A stretch of 64,000 nt of DNA from Deltaproteobacteria bacterium. GTDB lineage: Bacteria; Myxococcota_A; UBA9160; SMWR01. Position numbers and translations under genes: made by a program. Shown piece by piece: positions 31,176 to 43,691 of the stretch. The stretch spans positions 64,001-128,000 of the forward strand of contig JAQBHB010000041.1 in the NCBI GenBank assembly GCA_032128115.1, read 5' to 3'. Position 1 is the first letter of the stretch. The number at the start of each line of letters is the position of its first letter. Under the pieces are notes generated by a model. It saw only the letters and a list, made by a program, of their open reading frames with translations. It had not been told where the DNA came from and did not search any database.

Positions 31176-32321
31176 TCAGTCGTCCAGGAGAGCAAGGACC
31201 CCGGTGTAGGTCAGAAGCTCGGTCAGCTCGTCGATGGGCCCGATTTCGCAGGACCCGAACATCCCGACGAGGGGAGCCTGCCCGAACGCCTGCTCCAGGT
31301 AGGCAGCCTCGAGGCCGGCAACGCCAAAGAAGTTCGCGCCCCGAGCACAGCAGTTGAAGTAGAGACCCAAGCTGGGAGGCGCGCCCAGGTTCCCCAGCAT
31401 GGCCTTCAAATCCTCTCGGGCCATCTCGGGCTCGCGCAGGGCCAGGGCGATGCGATCGCCGGGCCGCACCTCGTGGGGTAAGGCAAAGGCCCTGGATTCC
31501 GGGGCGAAGCCCGCCACGTTGCGAACCCGGTAGGCGCCCGGTGTCAGCTCGCCTCGAGCGTTGGGGAGCGCCACCAGCAGGAACGCCGCGGCCCGCGGGA
31601 GGTCGTCGGCCAGGGGCCCGCGGGCCACCTCGCGGTAGACGTCCAGGGCCGGCCGGCCCTCGAGCTCGGTGATCCAGTGGCCCCGGCAGCGGGTGACGGT
31701 CAACAGGTCGGTCACGGGCCTGCAGGCCTGGGTCACACCCACCCTCGCCGGAAGGCGGGCCCGCAGCACCACGCCCGCCAGGGCCCCGCACTCGATCTTC
31801 CGACCCGACCACTGCTGCGAGGGCTGGCCCATGGCGTCCGCGGACCCGGCCCCCACGATGCAGGCGGGGGCCAGCGCTCGGCGAACCCCGGCGAGCAGAT
31901 CCCCGGCGTGCAGGATCCGCGGGTCCGGAAGCAGGACCACCAGGTCTTCGGGGCGCGGGGCGCCGCCGAGCCGAGCCGCGATCTCCTCTCCCGCCAGATC
32001 TTCCCCGCCCTGCAGGTCCCCGAGCAGGAACGTCCTGGTCTCGATCCCCTGCCAGGCCAGGACGGCCAGCGAGGCCGCAGGCCCACTCTCGAGGCCGCGG
32101 CCCAGCACACCGTGAGAGGAGGCTCCCACCAGGTTCTCAGTCCCCAGGCAGACGGCTGCTGCGTCCAGCAGCTCCGGCAGGCCGTCTCCATGCCCGGGCG
32201 TCGCGAACACCACGGCGCCATCCGCCGGGCCGTTCAGTCCCGCCAACGCCTGCTCACAGGCCTGCTCGGCCGCCGGGCGTGGTTCCCGTGTGCTCGAGAT
32301 TCCGGCTCCGGCGCGCAGCAT
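31176..32321 (-). CDS. FIST-domain protein
   Basis: VTQACRPV, ITELEGRPAL, YFNCCARG, GMFGSCEIGP, TYTGV. Confidence 0.88.
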   Translation of the reverse strand: MLRAGAGISSTREPRPAAEQACEQALAGLNGPADGAVVFATPGHGDGLPELLDAAAVCLGTENLVGASSHGVLGRGLESGPAASLAVLAWQGIETRTFLLGDLQGGEDLAGEEIAARLGGAPRPEDLVVLLPDPRILHAGDLLAGVRRALAPACIVGAGSADAMGQPSQQWSGRKIECGALAGVVLRARLPARVGVTQACRPVTDLLTVTRCRGHWITELEGRPALDVYREVARGPLADDLPRAAAFLLVALPNARGELTPGAYRVRNVAGFAPESRAFALPHEVRPGDRIALALREPEMAREDLKAMLGNLGAPPSLGLYFNCCARGANFFGVAGLEAAYLEQAFGQAPLVGMFGSCEIGPIDELTELLTYTGVLALLDD

Positions 32322-32505
32322 TCGCGCAGTATACGGAGGTCGGCAGCGCCTCCCGCTTTCCAGGGACTGCCCCCTCGGCTAGGCTGGGAAGCAAGGCGCT
32401 GCTCTATTTCCCTCCTCAGCGCTGATGCGTCACCTCTCGCAAACGGAGCCCGGTCCCCGACCCGGGTCCCCTCTTGGGGCGACGGGGACATGTTCAAGGG
32501 ACGCG

Positions 32506-33792
32506 GTGGCGAAGCGGAATAACACGCCGCACACGGGGCCGAAGTTGGCCGATTTCGAACTCATCGAGAACCGAGCGGATCTCGATGCACTTGCGCAGGA
32601 TCTTCTCGGCGAGAAGATTCTCGCCTTCGATACAGAGGCCGACAGCTTCTACCACTACTTCGACAAGACCTGCCTCGTGCAGGTCGCGACCCGAAGCCAG
32701 ATCTACCTGATCGATCCCCTGGCCCTGGGCGGCCCGTCCGAGCTGTCTCCCCTGGCCCCGGTCTTCGCATCGCCGGACATCTGCAAGATCTTCCATGCGG
32801 CCGAGTACGACCTGTTCGTGCTCAAGCGCGACTGCTCGTTCGAATTCGCGAACCTGTTCGACACCATGATCAGCGCTCAGCTCCTGGGATACCCGTCGGT
32901 GGGCCTCTCCGGCCTGGCCAAGCGCCACTACGACGTGGATCTTCCCAAGGACGAGCAGCGTTCCGACTGGTCGAGACGCCCACTCACCCCCAAGCAGCTG
33001 AGTTATGCCGCCGCCGACGTGCTCTACCTGATGGCGCTTGTGGAGAAGCTCAAGAAGGAGCTTCGCGCCGCCAAGCGCCTGACGTGGGCCATGGAAGAGT
33101 TCGAGACGCTGACCCGGCGGGCGTGGCCCGACCGGGAGTTCGACAAGCTCGGCTACCTGAAGATCAAGGGCGCGCGCCGGCTCGACCCGCGCAGCCTCTC
33201 GGTCCTGCGCGAGCTCTACCTCGTGCGCGACAAGCGCGCCCGGGACATCGACCGGCCTCCGTTCAAGGTGCTTGGCAATCGCACCCTGCTCGAGATCGCC
33301 GATGTAAAACCGTCTGAGCCCGAGGAGCTGGCGCACATCAAGGGCATCACCGAGCTGCTCATGCGTCGAATGGGCCGTGACGTGATCGCCGCCGTGCGCA
33401 AGGGGGCGAAGAAGGACCACGGACCGATCCCCAAGATCCAGGGAAACGGCAGGCGGCGCATGGACCGCCACGCCGACCGGCGACTGCTGGCCCTCAAGAA
33501 GTGGCGAACCGCGCGCGCCGCCGATCTCGGCATGGACCCCGGCGTTTTGTGCCCCAACTCGGGCCTCGAGGCCATCGCGTGGCGGGCGCCCGAGGTCGTT
33601 GGCGACCTTGCGGAGTTGCCGGAGCTGAAGGGCTGGTTCCTGCGCGAGTTCGGGAGCGAGGTGGTCAAGGCGACTCTCGAGGCGGAGCCGGCCGGAACCG
33701 ACGACGAAAAAGGCGCCCGCGAGGAAAAGACCGCGACCGATAACGCCAAGGGCGGAAGCGGGCGCGAATCCGGGCGGCGCTCCGGCCGCTGA
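32506..33792 (+). CDS. rnd: Ribonuclease D (DEDDy exonuclease plus two HRDC domains)
   Basis: AFDTEAD, KIFHAAEYD, FDTMI, SDWSRRPL, YAAADV, DRPPFKV. Confidence 0.92.
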   Translation: MAKRNNTPHTGPKLADFELIENRADLDALAQDLLGEKILAFDTEADSFYHYFDKTCLVQVATRSQIYLIDPLALGGPSELSPLAPVFASPDICKIFHAAEYDLFVLKRDCSFEFANLFDTMISAQLLGYPSVGLSGLAKRHYDVDLPKDEQRSDWSRRPLTPKQLSYAAADVLYLMALVEKLKKELRAAKRLTWAMEEFETLTRRAWPDREFDKLGYLKIKGARRLDPRSLSVLRELYLVRDKRARDIDRPPFKVLGNRTLLEIADVKPSEPEELAHIKGITELLMRRMGRDVIAAVRKGAKKDHGPIPKIQGNGRRRMDRHADRRLLALKKWRTARAADLGMDPGVLCPNSGLEAIAWRAPEVVGDLAELPELKGWFLREFGSEVVKATLEAEPAGTDDEKGAREEKTATDNAKGGSGRESGRRSGR

Positions 33793-33823
33793 ATCCGGCG
33801 CTCGCGCTGGAGATGCGACCTGG

Positions 33824-34082
33824 CTCCCTGGGGACCCGAGAAGGCGGGTGCCGTTCTGGGGAAAGCGCCTTGGTTTCGGCTCAGGACCCCAGGGAAAAGG
33901 ATGAACCGGCTGTGCGCGCCCGCTTAAACAACCGATTCACCCCAACCAGATCGACTCCTGTCGCGCCAACAAAGCACGAGCCGTGCCAACCAGTCCCGTG
34001 TAGGTCGAGACCACAACACTCTGCCGATAAAGGGCTTTCAGGATCCCCCCGAAAGCCGACCCGCCGCATCCGAAGGCGGCAG
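33824..34082 (-). ncRNA. Candidate structured non-coding RNA, family not recognised
   Basis: At least six consecutive stems whose A-C mismatches on + become G-U pairs on -, plus a C(UUCG)G loop on -. No credible ORF. Ends are approximate. Confidence 0.6.
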
Positions 34083-34117
34083 CTGGTCCCGCGAACCCCG
34101 GCCGCGTGCGTTCCCTG

Positions 34118-35299
34118 GTGAGATTCCCATTCCCGACCCATGGCTTCCGTGGGGCTGCCAACTCCGGACGCCCTGCCGCCTGCGTTGGCGGAGCCCTCGG
34201 AGCCATGGGACTGGCTTGCGCCTGTGCGATGCCTGTCCACGAGGAGTCGCCCCACGTGGTGACCGCGCCCGCCCCGAGCTTGCAAGAGGACTACTGCGCC
34301 TGGTACGGCGACGCCCGGGACGGGGTGCTCTACTTCGGACAGGCCGCGTTCTGGTCGGGGATGCGCGCGCCCGGGGGCGGGCCGCTCACCGATCTGGACC
34401 GCGAGGGGCCGCTGCCCATCGGTCGCTTCCAGCTTCGCCGCGAACGGCTTCTCGAGCCGCTGCAGGTGGGGCGCGCGGGCGATCGCTCGGGCGTCTGGGA
34501 CATCCACGCCCACGCAAACGGGCGCCTCTACTTCACCACCTTCTTCGAGTCGGCGGGCTTTCTCGATCCCGGAACGGGCGAGGTGCAACACTGGCCCGAT
34601 CTGGGAACGGGGCTCAACGAAATCGCCACGGGACCCGACGGAACCCTGTTGTTCTCGCGCTACGCCGCATCCCAGGGGAGCCTGGTGGTGGTGGACCTGG
34701 AGGGGAGGCTCGTCGCCGAGCACCTCCTGACGTCGCCCCCGGGCTTCGACACCCAGCCGAAGACGGTGGCCTTCGACCCGGGACGCGGCGAGTTCTGGGC
34801 GACCACGGACATGCTGCCGCTGGGTTCCCGCGCGGAGGCGCCGCAAGCAGGTCCCGGGGGCGCCCGACACGACGCCTACGTGCTCGACCGGAGCGGCCGC
34901 GAGCTTCGCCGGGTGGACGATCGGGTGGTCCAGTTCGTGACTTTCTCGGAAGAAGGCACCGGCTACTTCGCCGAACTCCAGGGCCGCGCGCTCCGGTTGC
35001 GCGTACTCGCGCCCGCAGATCCGGGGGGCGGTGGCCGCGAGTTCGTGTTGGACCCGGACTTCCCCGCCGCCTACGACTTCGTCCAGGACGTCCGCGCCGA
35101 GGCCGGCGGGCGCGCGGTGGTGACGCGCTGGAGCGGCTGGGTGCACGTGCTGGAATCCGATGGGCGCCTGCGGAGCGTCCTGCTACCGGCCCTCGAGCCA
35201 CGCGGGCTGTATTACACGGCCACCCTGGCCCGCGGCGGAAATCGCGTCTGCGCCAGCCACTGTGGCGAGGTCCGCGTGGTCTGCACGGATCTCCCCTAG
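34118..35299 (+). CDS. Hypothetical exported/lipoprotein, probably beta-propeller
   Basis: High-GC3 ORF; LAC/AC lipobox-like motif; repeated blade-like motifs (GRLYFTT, GPDGTLLFS, VAFDPGRGEFW). Start uncertain (34106, 34118 or 34205). Confidence 0.65.
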   Translation: MRFPFPTHGFRGAANSGRPAACVGGALGAMGLACACAMPVHEESPHVVTAPAPSLQEDYCAWYGDARDGVLYFGQAAFWSGMRAPGGGPLTDLDREGPLPIGRFQLRRERLLEPLQVGRAGDRSGVWDIHAHANGRLYFTTFFESAGFLDPGTGEVQHWPDLGTGLNEIATGPDGTLLFSRYAASQGSLVVVDLEGRLVAEHLLTSPPGFDTQPKTVAFDPGRGEFWATTDMLPLGSRAEAPQAGPGGARHDAYVLDRSGRELRRVDDRVVQFVTFSEEGTGYFAELQGRALRLRVLAPADPGGGGREFVLDPDFPAAYDFVQDVRAEAGGRAVVTRWSGWVHVLESDGRLRSVLLPALEPRGLYYTATLARGGNRVCASHCGEVRVVCTDLP

Positions 35300-35324
35300 C
35301 GTACGCGTGAGCTAAGATCGCGCC

Positions 35325-36620
35325 GTGTTCGCCCATCGCAGGCAACGAGTTCGCGATTCCATGGGGCCCGATGCAGTCGCGATCGTGCTGGGCTCCAGGC
35401 TCATCACCCGATCGCGCGACACCGAGTTTCCATTCCGCCAGGACAGCGACTTCTGGTACCTGACCGGCTTCGACCATCCCAACGCCGTCATGGTCCTGCG
35501 AACCGACGGAGGACCGGCCTACACCCTCTACGTGGAGGCCCGCGATCGCGACGCGGAGACCTGGACCGGCTATCGGCCCGGGGTCGAGGGGGCCGAGCGC
35601 GACTACGACGCAGACGAGGCCCGCACCAACGATCGATTCCTGCCCGATGTGTCCGCGCTCATGGGAAAGGCGAAGCGCGTCTACCACGTGCTCGGACGCG
35701 ACGCTGCCGTCGACGCAAAGATCGTGGAGACCCTGGAAGGGCTGCGCCTTCGCTCGCGCCAGGGGCCGGTTCCAGCCGATGCCATCATCGACCCCCGATC
35801 CATCATCCACGAGATGCGCCTGTTCAAGGAGCCCGCCGAGCTCGACATCCAGCGGCGCGCCTCGGAGATCACGCGGGAGGCCCACGAGGCAGCCGCGCGG
35901 ATGGCCAGGGAGTCGGTGCACGAGTACGAGATGCAGGCCGTGCTCGAGTACACCTTCCGCAGACGCGGCGCCCGAGGCCCCGCCTACACCACCATCGTCG
36001 GCGGCGGCAGCAATGCGACGATCCTGCACTACATCGCCAACGACCAGAAGCTTCGAGACGGCGAGCTCGTGCTGGTGGACGCGGGCGCCGAGCTCGAGGG
36101 CTACGCCAGCGACGTAACACGCACGTATCCCATCGGAGGGCGCTTCACCGGGCCCGGCCGCGCCCTCTACGAGGTGGTATGGGCCGCGCAAGAAGCCGCA
36201 CTGGCGCTCTGCGCGCCCGGAAACACGCTGCCCCAGGTGCACGACGCCGCCGTACGCACCGTGGTGGAGGGCCTGGTGGAGCTCTCGATCCTGGACGGCG
36301 ACGTAGAGGAACTGATCGCACGCGAGGCCTATCGGCGCTTCTACATGCACAGCACAAGCCATTGGCTCGGTCTCGATGTGCACGATGTGGGTGCCTACCG
36401 GATCGACGGCGAGCCGCGACCCCTGAAGCCGCACATGGTCTTCACTGTCGAGCCCGGCATCTACGTGGGCGCCGACGAAGAGAAGGTGGACGCCCGCTTC
36501 CGCGGAATCGGAATCCGCATCGAAGACGATGTGGTGATCACGGAGTCTGGGCATGAGAACCTCACCGGCGCGATTCCCAAGGCGCCGGACGATCTGGAAG
36601 CGCTGGTCGGCGGCGCCTGA
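35325..36620 (+). CDS. pepP: Xaa-Pro aminopeptidase (M24B)
   Basis: [20 protein letters not shown]...[32 protein letters not shown]. Confidence 0.95.
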   Translation: MFAHRRQRVRDSMGPDAVAIVLGSRLITRSRDTEFPFRQDSDFWYLTGFDHPNAVMVLRTDGGPAYTLYVEARDRDAETWTGYRPGVEGAERDYDADEARTNDRFLPDVSALMGKAKRVYHVLGRDAAVDAKIVETLEGLRLRSRQGPVPADAIIDPRSIIHEMRLFKEPAELDIQRRASEITREAHEAAARMARESVHEYEMQAVLEYTFRRRGARGPAYTTIVGGGSNATILHYIANDQKLRDGELVLVDAGAELEGYASDVTRTYPIGGRFTGPGRALYEVVWAAQEAALALCAPGNTLPQVHDAAVRTVVEGLVELSILDGDVEELIAREAYRRFYMHSTSHWLGLDVHDVGAYRIDGEPRPLKPHMVFTVEPGIYVGADEEKVDARFRGIGIRIEDDVVITESGHENLTGAIPKAPDDLEALVGGA

Positions 36621-36661
36621 CCCGGGACATCACCCGGCGACCGCCCCAAGGACGGAGATCC

Positions 36662-38603
<1,942 letters not shown>

Positions 38604-38617
<14 letters not shown>

Positions 38618-39845
38618 CATCCGCCGGAGATCCCCGAGACGAGTCGCGGTCGGATCCCTGCTCCTGGCCGCTGCGCTGGTGGGTGCCACCAGCGACGGCG
38701 AAAAGCTGCCTGGGCCCGCGGGCGATGAGATCGCGCCCAGCGACGAAATCGAACCCGGCATCGACAACGAGACCAGGCTGCGCATGCTGCTAGCGCTCAC
38801 CGGCTTCGAGGCCCGATCGACCCAACTCGCCACCATGATGTCCTACCAGGTGACCGCCTCCATGGGAGGAGACACCGGGTCCGGCACGCAACAGATCGCG
38901 AGCCTCCTGTCCAACGAGATCGACCACGACAAGATCTACCAGGGCATGCTCGACGCGCTGCTCGCCAATTACGACAGCGCCGCAGTGAACTACCTGACCG
39001 ATTGGTACGCATCCCCGACCGGAGCTCAGGTGATCGCTTCGATCGGCACAGCCGGTTCGCCCGAGGGCCAGGGCCAGTTCGAGGCCTACTCGCGCCGCAT
39101 CGATAGCGGGCCCGCAAGCGACAAGCGCATGCGGGCGGCGGCGAGGATCGACCAGGCCACCCGGACTTCGCAGAACCTGCTCCCGATCCTGGCCGTCACC
39201 AACCTGGCGGTGACGAACGTCATCGACCGGATCTTTGGCATCGATCGCACGGACCCACGGACCCAGGCCGCGATGAAACAACTGATCCTCGACCAGATCG
39301 AGCGCCCTGTTCTGCGGCAATCGCGCACATATGCTCTTTTTGCCATCCGGACCCTGACCACCACCCAGGTGGCCGAATACGAGAAGGTAATGCGGAGCGA
39401 GGCTGCCGGCTGGCTCTACCAGACGGCGTGGGACAGCTACCGGGAGGCTGCCCGTGTCGAGCTGCTCGCCTTCGTCGCTCGGGTCAACGAGTGGCTCGAG
39501 TACAAGGACCCTCTGGCCTACCGGGCGTCGGCTCGCGAGAGGGGCGCCGCCTGGGGGAAACTGCGTCAGGATCAGCAGTGCCTGGAAGAGGCCTTGCGTC
39601 AGGACACGCTCTGCCGCGACATGCTGTGTGAGGCGGGTCTGGCCGACTTCACCCTGGGGTGTCTCGAGACCAGCCGTCGTTCACCTGGATACTGCTCGCC
39701 GGTGACTCCATCCGACGACAAGGACGCGTTCAGCTGGCGAACCGCGAGTTGCCGGAACATGCAGCGCCGGGACCGGGTCTGCCTGAACCTGGTGACCAGC
39801 ATCCAGACGCACTGCGACGGGCTGCGCGCCTCGCCGGAAGGCTGA
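38604..39845 (+). CDS. Hypothetical exported protein (DUF2059-like helical repeats plus Cys-rich C-terminal domain)
   Basis: Signal-like N-terminus; WYASPTG motif resembles DUF2059; 8 Cys in the last ~90 aa. Confidence 0.6.
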
Positions 39846-39872
39846 CGCCGCGCGCCTCGCCCGCGCGCGCCA

Positions 39873-40493
39873 TCAACTGGCCTGCAGAGACGCTCGCATG
39901 GCAGGCGGATCACTGGACCGCCGCCCCTCGAACCACGCGCCGTCGGCGCCGCGCGTGAGCACCACCACGCCTCCGAGTTCCGGCCTTCCGTCTCCCAGGG
40001 GCCCGCCCAGGAGGGTCTCGGCCCCCTGGCGGATGATCCCCTTGTGGACCACCACCAGGATCGAGGACGCACCGATGGTCAGCATCCGATCGAGGCCGCG
40101 CTTCACCCGCGCCTGGAACTGGGCCCGCGGCTCGCCGCCGGGGTACTCGAAGCCCTCGGCTCGCGCCTGCCAATCCTGGTAGAGCACCGGGTCCGACGCC
40201 TGGATCTCTTCGGCCGTCAGGCCCTCCCAGCGACCGAAGTCGATCTCGCGAAAGTCGTCCACCAGGCGCACCGCCGCACCGCCGCTCAGGATGGCTGCCC
40301 CCTCCCAGGAGCGGCGCAGCGGGCTCGCGATCACGAGATCAAAGATCTCGCCCCGCAAGCCGGTGCCCGCGCGGCGCAGGTGATCGCGGCCCTCGTCCGA
40401 TAGCGGAACGTCACCGCTCCCGTGGAAGCGGACACTCGAGTTTCCAACGGTCTCACCGTGGCGGACCCACACGATTCGGCGCAGGTTCGACAT
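39873..40493 (-). CDS. Histidine phosphatase family protein
   Basis: VRHGET, SPLRR, EIDFGRWEG, YPGGE, VVHKG. Confidence 0.9.
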   Translation of the reverse strand: MSNLRRIVWVRHGETVGNSSVRFHGSGDVPLSDEGRDHLRRAGTGLRGEIFDLVIASPLRRSWEGAAILSGGAAVRLVDDFREIDFGRWEGLTAEEIQASDPVLYQDWQARAEGFEYPGGEPRAQFQARVKRGLDRMLTIGASSILVVVHKGIIRQGAETLLGGPLGDGRPELGGVVVLTRGADGAWFEGRRSSDPPAMRASLQAS

Positions 40494-40622
40494 TCGTCCT
40501 CCCGGGAGCTGGGGTGGAATCGACGGCGCGAAGGATCGGCGAGCCCGGCCGTGGCGTCAATGCGTTCCCGCCTCTGGTAGAGTTCCGCGGCTCCGCCTGG
40601 CGGCGGGGCGATCTCGGGGGAG

Positions 40623-42020
40623 GTGGGAGAAACCGTGACACCGCGCGGCTGGCTCGTGCTGGCAGGGATTCTGCTTCTCATGGTGGGCGGCGTGGCCACC
40701 CGCTTCCGGGGCGAGGGCTCGGCGCCGGGCATCGATGGTCCCGAGCGCGCCGTGATCGGAGCCACGGCCCGCGCACTCGGGATCGACCTGACCGACGCCG
40801 GATCGGGGCTTCGCCAGGTGCAGGTGGTCCTGGCCCACGCAAGCGGCGAGGTCCCGCTGTTGGAGGAGCACTATCCGGGCAGCTGGCTCCTGGGCGGCAG
40901 CCCTCCTGTGACCCAGCTTCGGCTCGAAGTGCTGGTGGACGTGGGCGGCGTTGCCGGCGTGGGCGGCGACGCCTTCGTCCGCATCGTGGCCCGCGACTGG
41001 TCGTGGCGCGGCGGCTTCGGCGGCAATTCCACGCGCTTCGACATTCCGGTCATCATCGACCTCGATCCCCCGCGGATTCGCGTGGCAAGCGGCCTCACCT
41101 ACGTGCGCCGTGGAGGCGCCGGCGCTGTGATGTACTCGGTCTCGGAGCCGACGATCGAGGACGGCGTGAAAGTGGCGGGCGCCTCGTTCCGCGGCTTCCC
41201 GCTGGAACCCGGCCAGAGGGAACCCGGCCAGAGCGGCGAGGAGGTGTCCGCCGGCGAGCGCTTTGCGCTTTTCGCGGTCCCCGACGATGTGGAGGCCGAG
41301 CCGGAGATCTCCGTATTCGCCCGCGACGCGGCGGGAAACCTGGGCACCGCCAGCTGGCCCACGGTGGTACAGGAGAGCGTGCTGCCCAAGGCCCAGGTGA
41401 CGCTGAACCAGACGTTCCTGGACACTACGGTGCGCGCGCTGGCCCGTTCGCTCCGGATCGATGCCTCGGATCCCAGCCAGGCATTCCACGAGATCAACAC
41501 CCGGGTGCGGCGATCGAACGAGCTCGCGATCCGCGAGGCGCTGGCCGACCCCGCCGGAGCGCCCCTCTGGCACGGCTCGTTCCTACAGCTTCCCAATTCC
41601 CGGGTCACCAGCCGCTTCGGCGAGAGGCGCCGGTATTTCGTGAATGGCCGCGAGATCTCCAGTGCTCGGCACCTGGGCTACGACCTGGCGTCCACGTCTG
41701 CCACCCCCATCGGCGCGTCGAACGCGGGCCGTGTGGTCTTCGCCAGCGATCTGGGCATCTACGGCAACTGCGTGCTGATCGACCACGGCATGGGGCTGGC
41801 CTCGCTCTACGGGCACCTGTCGCGCCTGGACGTGAAGACGGGCGACCGGGTGGAAAAGGGCGAGACGATCGGCCTCTCGGGCACCACGGGCCTGGCGGGC
41901 GGCGACCACCTGCACTTCGCCATCCTGGTGGGAGACACGTACGTGGATCCCCTGGAGTGGTGGGACCCGAAATGGGTTCAAACGCACATCGAAGAGCGGC
42001 TGGTTCGATCGAGCCCGTGA
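40623..42020 (+). CDS. M23 family metallo-endopeptidase, membrane anchored
   Basis: HLGYD, YGNCVLIDHG, YGHLS, GDHLHF zinc motifs; N-terminal TM segment. Confidence 0.9.
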   Translation: MGETVTPRGWLVLAGILLLMVGGVATRFRGEGSAPGIDGPERAVIGATARALGIDLTDAGSGLRQVQVVLAHASGEVPLLEEHYPGSWLLGGSPPVTQLRLEVLVDVGGVAGVGGDAFVRIVARDWSWRGGFGGNSTRFDIPVIIDLDPPRIRVASGLTYVRRGGAGAVMYSVSEPTIEDGVKVAGASFRGFPLEPGQREPGQSGEEVSAGERFALFAVPDDVEAEPEISVFARDAAGNLGTASWPTVVQESVLPKAQVTLNQTFLDTTVRALARSLRIDASDPSQAFHEINTRVRRSNELAIREALADPAGAPLWHGSFLQLPNSRVTSRFGERRRYFVNGREISSARHLGYDLASTSATPIGASNAGRVVFASDLGIYGNCVLIDHGMGLASLYGHLSRLDVKTGDRVEKGETIGLSGTTGLAGGDHLHFAILVGDTYVDPLEWWDPKWVQTHIEERLVRSSP

Positions 42021-42111
42021 GGCTCCCGCTGCGAGCCGACCTGCACGGCCGGCCCCGCGACCGCCGGACCGCCCGATCCATCGCGGTGGAACGCCGGCTC
42101 CCGGTGCTGCT

Positions 42112-43176
42112 GTGAAGGGGGTGCGGCGCGCCCTGCTCGCCTGGTACCGGGCGAACCGACGGGCGCTCCCGTGGCGGGAGACCCGGGATCCGTACGCGAT
42201 CTGGATCTCGGAAGCCATGCTGCAGCAGACCCGGGTGGAAACGGTGATCCCCTACTACGAGCGATTCCTTGCGCGTTTTCCCGACGTGGAGTCGCTGGCG
42301 ACCGCCGATCTCGACGACGTGCTCGGAATCTGGGCCGGCCTCGGCTACTACTCGCGCGCGCGAAATCTGCGCGCGGCCGCCCGCGTGCTAGTGGACGAGT
42401 TCGGGGGCGAGTTGCCCGACGACACCGACTCCCTGCGCTCGCTGCCCGGCGTGGGCCGCTACACCGCTGGCGCCGTCGCCTCCATCGCCTTCGATCGACC
42501 CGAACCGGTGGTGGACGGCAACGTGGCGCGGGTGTTCTCGCGCCTGCTTGGCATCCGCGACGAGATCTCGCGCCCGGCCGTTCAAAGGCGGCTCTGGGAG
42601 ACGGCGGCCGAACTCGCGCGCGGCGAGGGGCCCGGCGATCTCAACCAGGCGCTGATGGAGTTGGGGGCGGTGCTGTGCACGCCGCGCTCGCCGCGCTGCC
42701 CGAAGTGTCCCATCGCCCGCTTCTGCGACGCACGGGCCGCGGGAGACGCCGAATCACTGCCCCGCAAGGCGAAGCGAGTCGAGCCGCGCGCGGTCGAAGC
42801 GGTGGCCGCCCTGGTGATGCGCCGCGGCCGGGCCCTGGCCGTGCGCCGAATGCCGAGCGGCCTGCTTGGCGGACTCTGGGAGCTTCCGGGCGCCGATCTC
42901 GCGGAGCGCGAGCGCCCGGCCCAGGCCATCCGCCGAGCCCTGCGCGACCGGGTGGGGTTGCGCATCGATCGCCTGCAACGCGCCGGCTCGGTGGACCACG
43001 GCTTCACCCACCGCCAGCTGCACCTGCACGTCTACCATTGCCGCGACCCGGAGGGCCGCGTGCGCCTGCGGGACCTGGACGCTCACCGCTGGCTGGGCCT
43101 GCCCGCACTCGCAAGGCTTCCCCAGGCTGCCGTCACCCGGAAGGCCCTCGACCTGTTGGGAGCCGGCAGGCGTTGA
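42112..43176 (+). CDS. mutY: A/G-specific adenine glycosylase
   Basis: LPWR, SEAMLQQT, WAGLGYYSRARN, VDGNV, 4Fe-4S motif CTPRSPRCPKCPIARFC, C-terminal NUDIX-like domain with HGFTH. Confidence 0.95.
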   Translation: MKGVRRALLAWYRANRRALPWRETRDPYAIWISEAMLQQTRVETVIPYYERFLARFPDVESLATADLDDVLGIWAGLGYYSRARNLRAAARVLVDEFGGELPDDTDSLRSLPGVGRYTAGAVASIAFDRPEPVVDGNVARVFSRLLGIRDEISRPAVQRRLWETAAELARGEGPGDLNQALMELGAVLCTPRSPRCPKCPIARFCDARAAGDAESLPRKAKRVEPRAVEAVAALVMRRGRALAVRRMPSGLLGGLWELPGADLAERERPAQAIRRALRDRVGLRIDRLQRAGSVDHGFTHRQLHLHVYHCRDPEGRVRLRDLDAHRWLGLPALARLPQAAVTRKALDLLGAGRR

Positions 43177-43245
43177 GGCCCGCGTGCGACGTCGCACACG
43201 GGAGGCAGGGCCTGTTGCCCCGCCTCCCGTCGTGATCACCCGGGT

Positions 43246-43563
43246 TCAGGAGCCCCGCACCACGGTGCAGAACTTCCCGAACACGATCCGATTCATGGCG
43301 TAGTAGTCCACCGAATCCACGCGCTTGATTCCGCCGTTCTTGGCGGCGGTCTCGATGCTGGCATCGCCCAGCGCCACCACGCCCACCCAATGCTGCGAGC
43401 AGGCCTCGCCGCGCTTGTCGCCGCGGCCGGTGCCACCCTGGATGGGGCCCTTCACGTCCATCCACAGTCCGAAGGTCGGTCCCTGGGTACCCACACAGGC
43501 GGTGGATCCGCCCAGGGCCAGCGCCATCAGAAGCGCGAGTCCCAATGCCAATTGCTTGCTCAC
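43246..43563 (-). CDS. TRL-like lipoprotein
   Basis: Lipobox STA-C; KRGEAC...GDASIETAAKNGGIKRVDSVDY...CTVVRG. Confidence 0.8.
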   Translation of the reverse strand: MSKQLALGLALLMALALGGSTACVGTQGPTFGLWMDVKGPIQGGTGRGDKRGEACSQHWVGVVALGDASIETAAKNGGIKRVDSVDYYAMNRIVFGKFCTVVRGS

Positions 43564-43691
43564 TGTCGTCCCCCCTTTGTTTGCAGTTCTGAGGGCGCGG
43601 CATCGGCACCGTCCCCCCATCGAAACCGTGAGTAGCGGCCTGCCAGCCTGGATTCAAGCGACCGATCCATCCCCGCCCTATCCTGAGGTGC

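Noticed and set aside
33824..34082. Assigning the structured region to tmRNA, RNase P, SRP or a retron
   Set aside because: No tRNA-like ends with CCA, no GAGGAAAGUCC, no SRP helix-8 motif and no reverse transcriptase nearby. 6S cannot be fully excluded without Rfam.
33813..34206. Small ORFs 33813-34121 (+) and 33937-34206 (-)
   Set aside because: Weak GC3 bias, no motifs or ribosome-binding site; RNA structure explains the region better.
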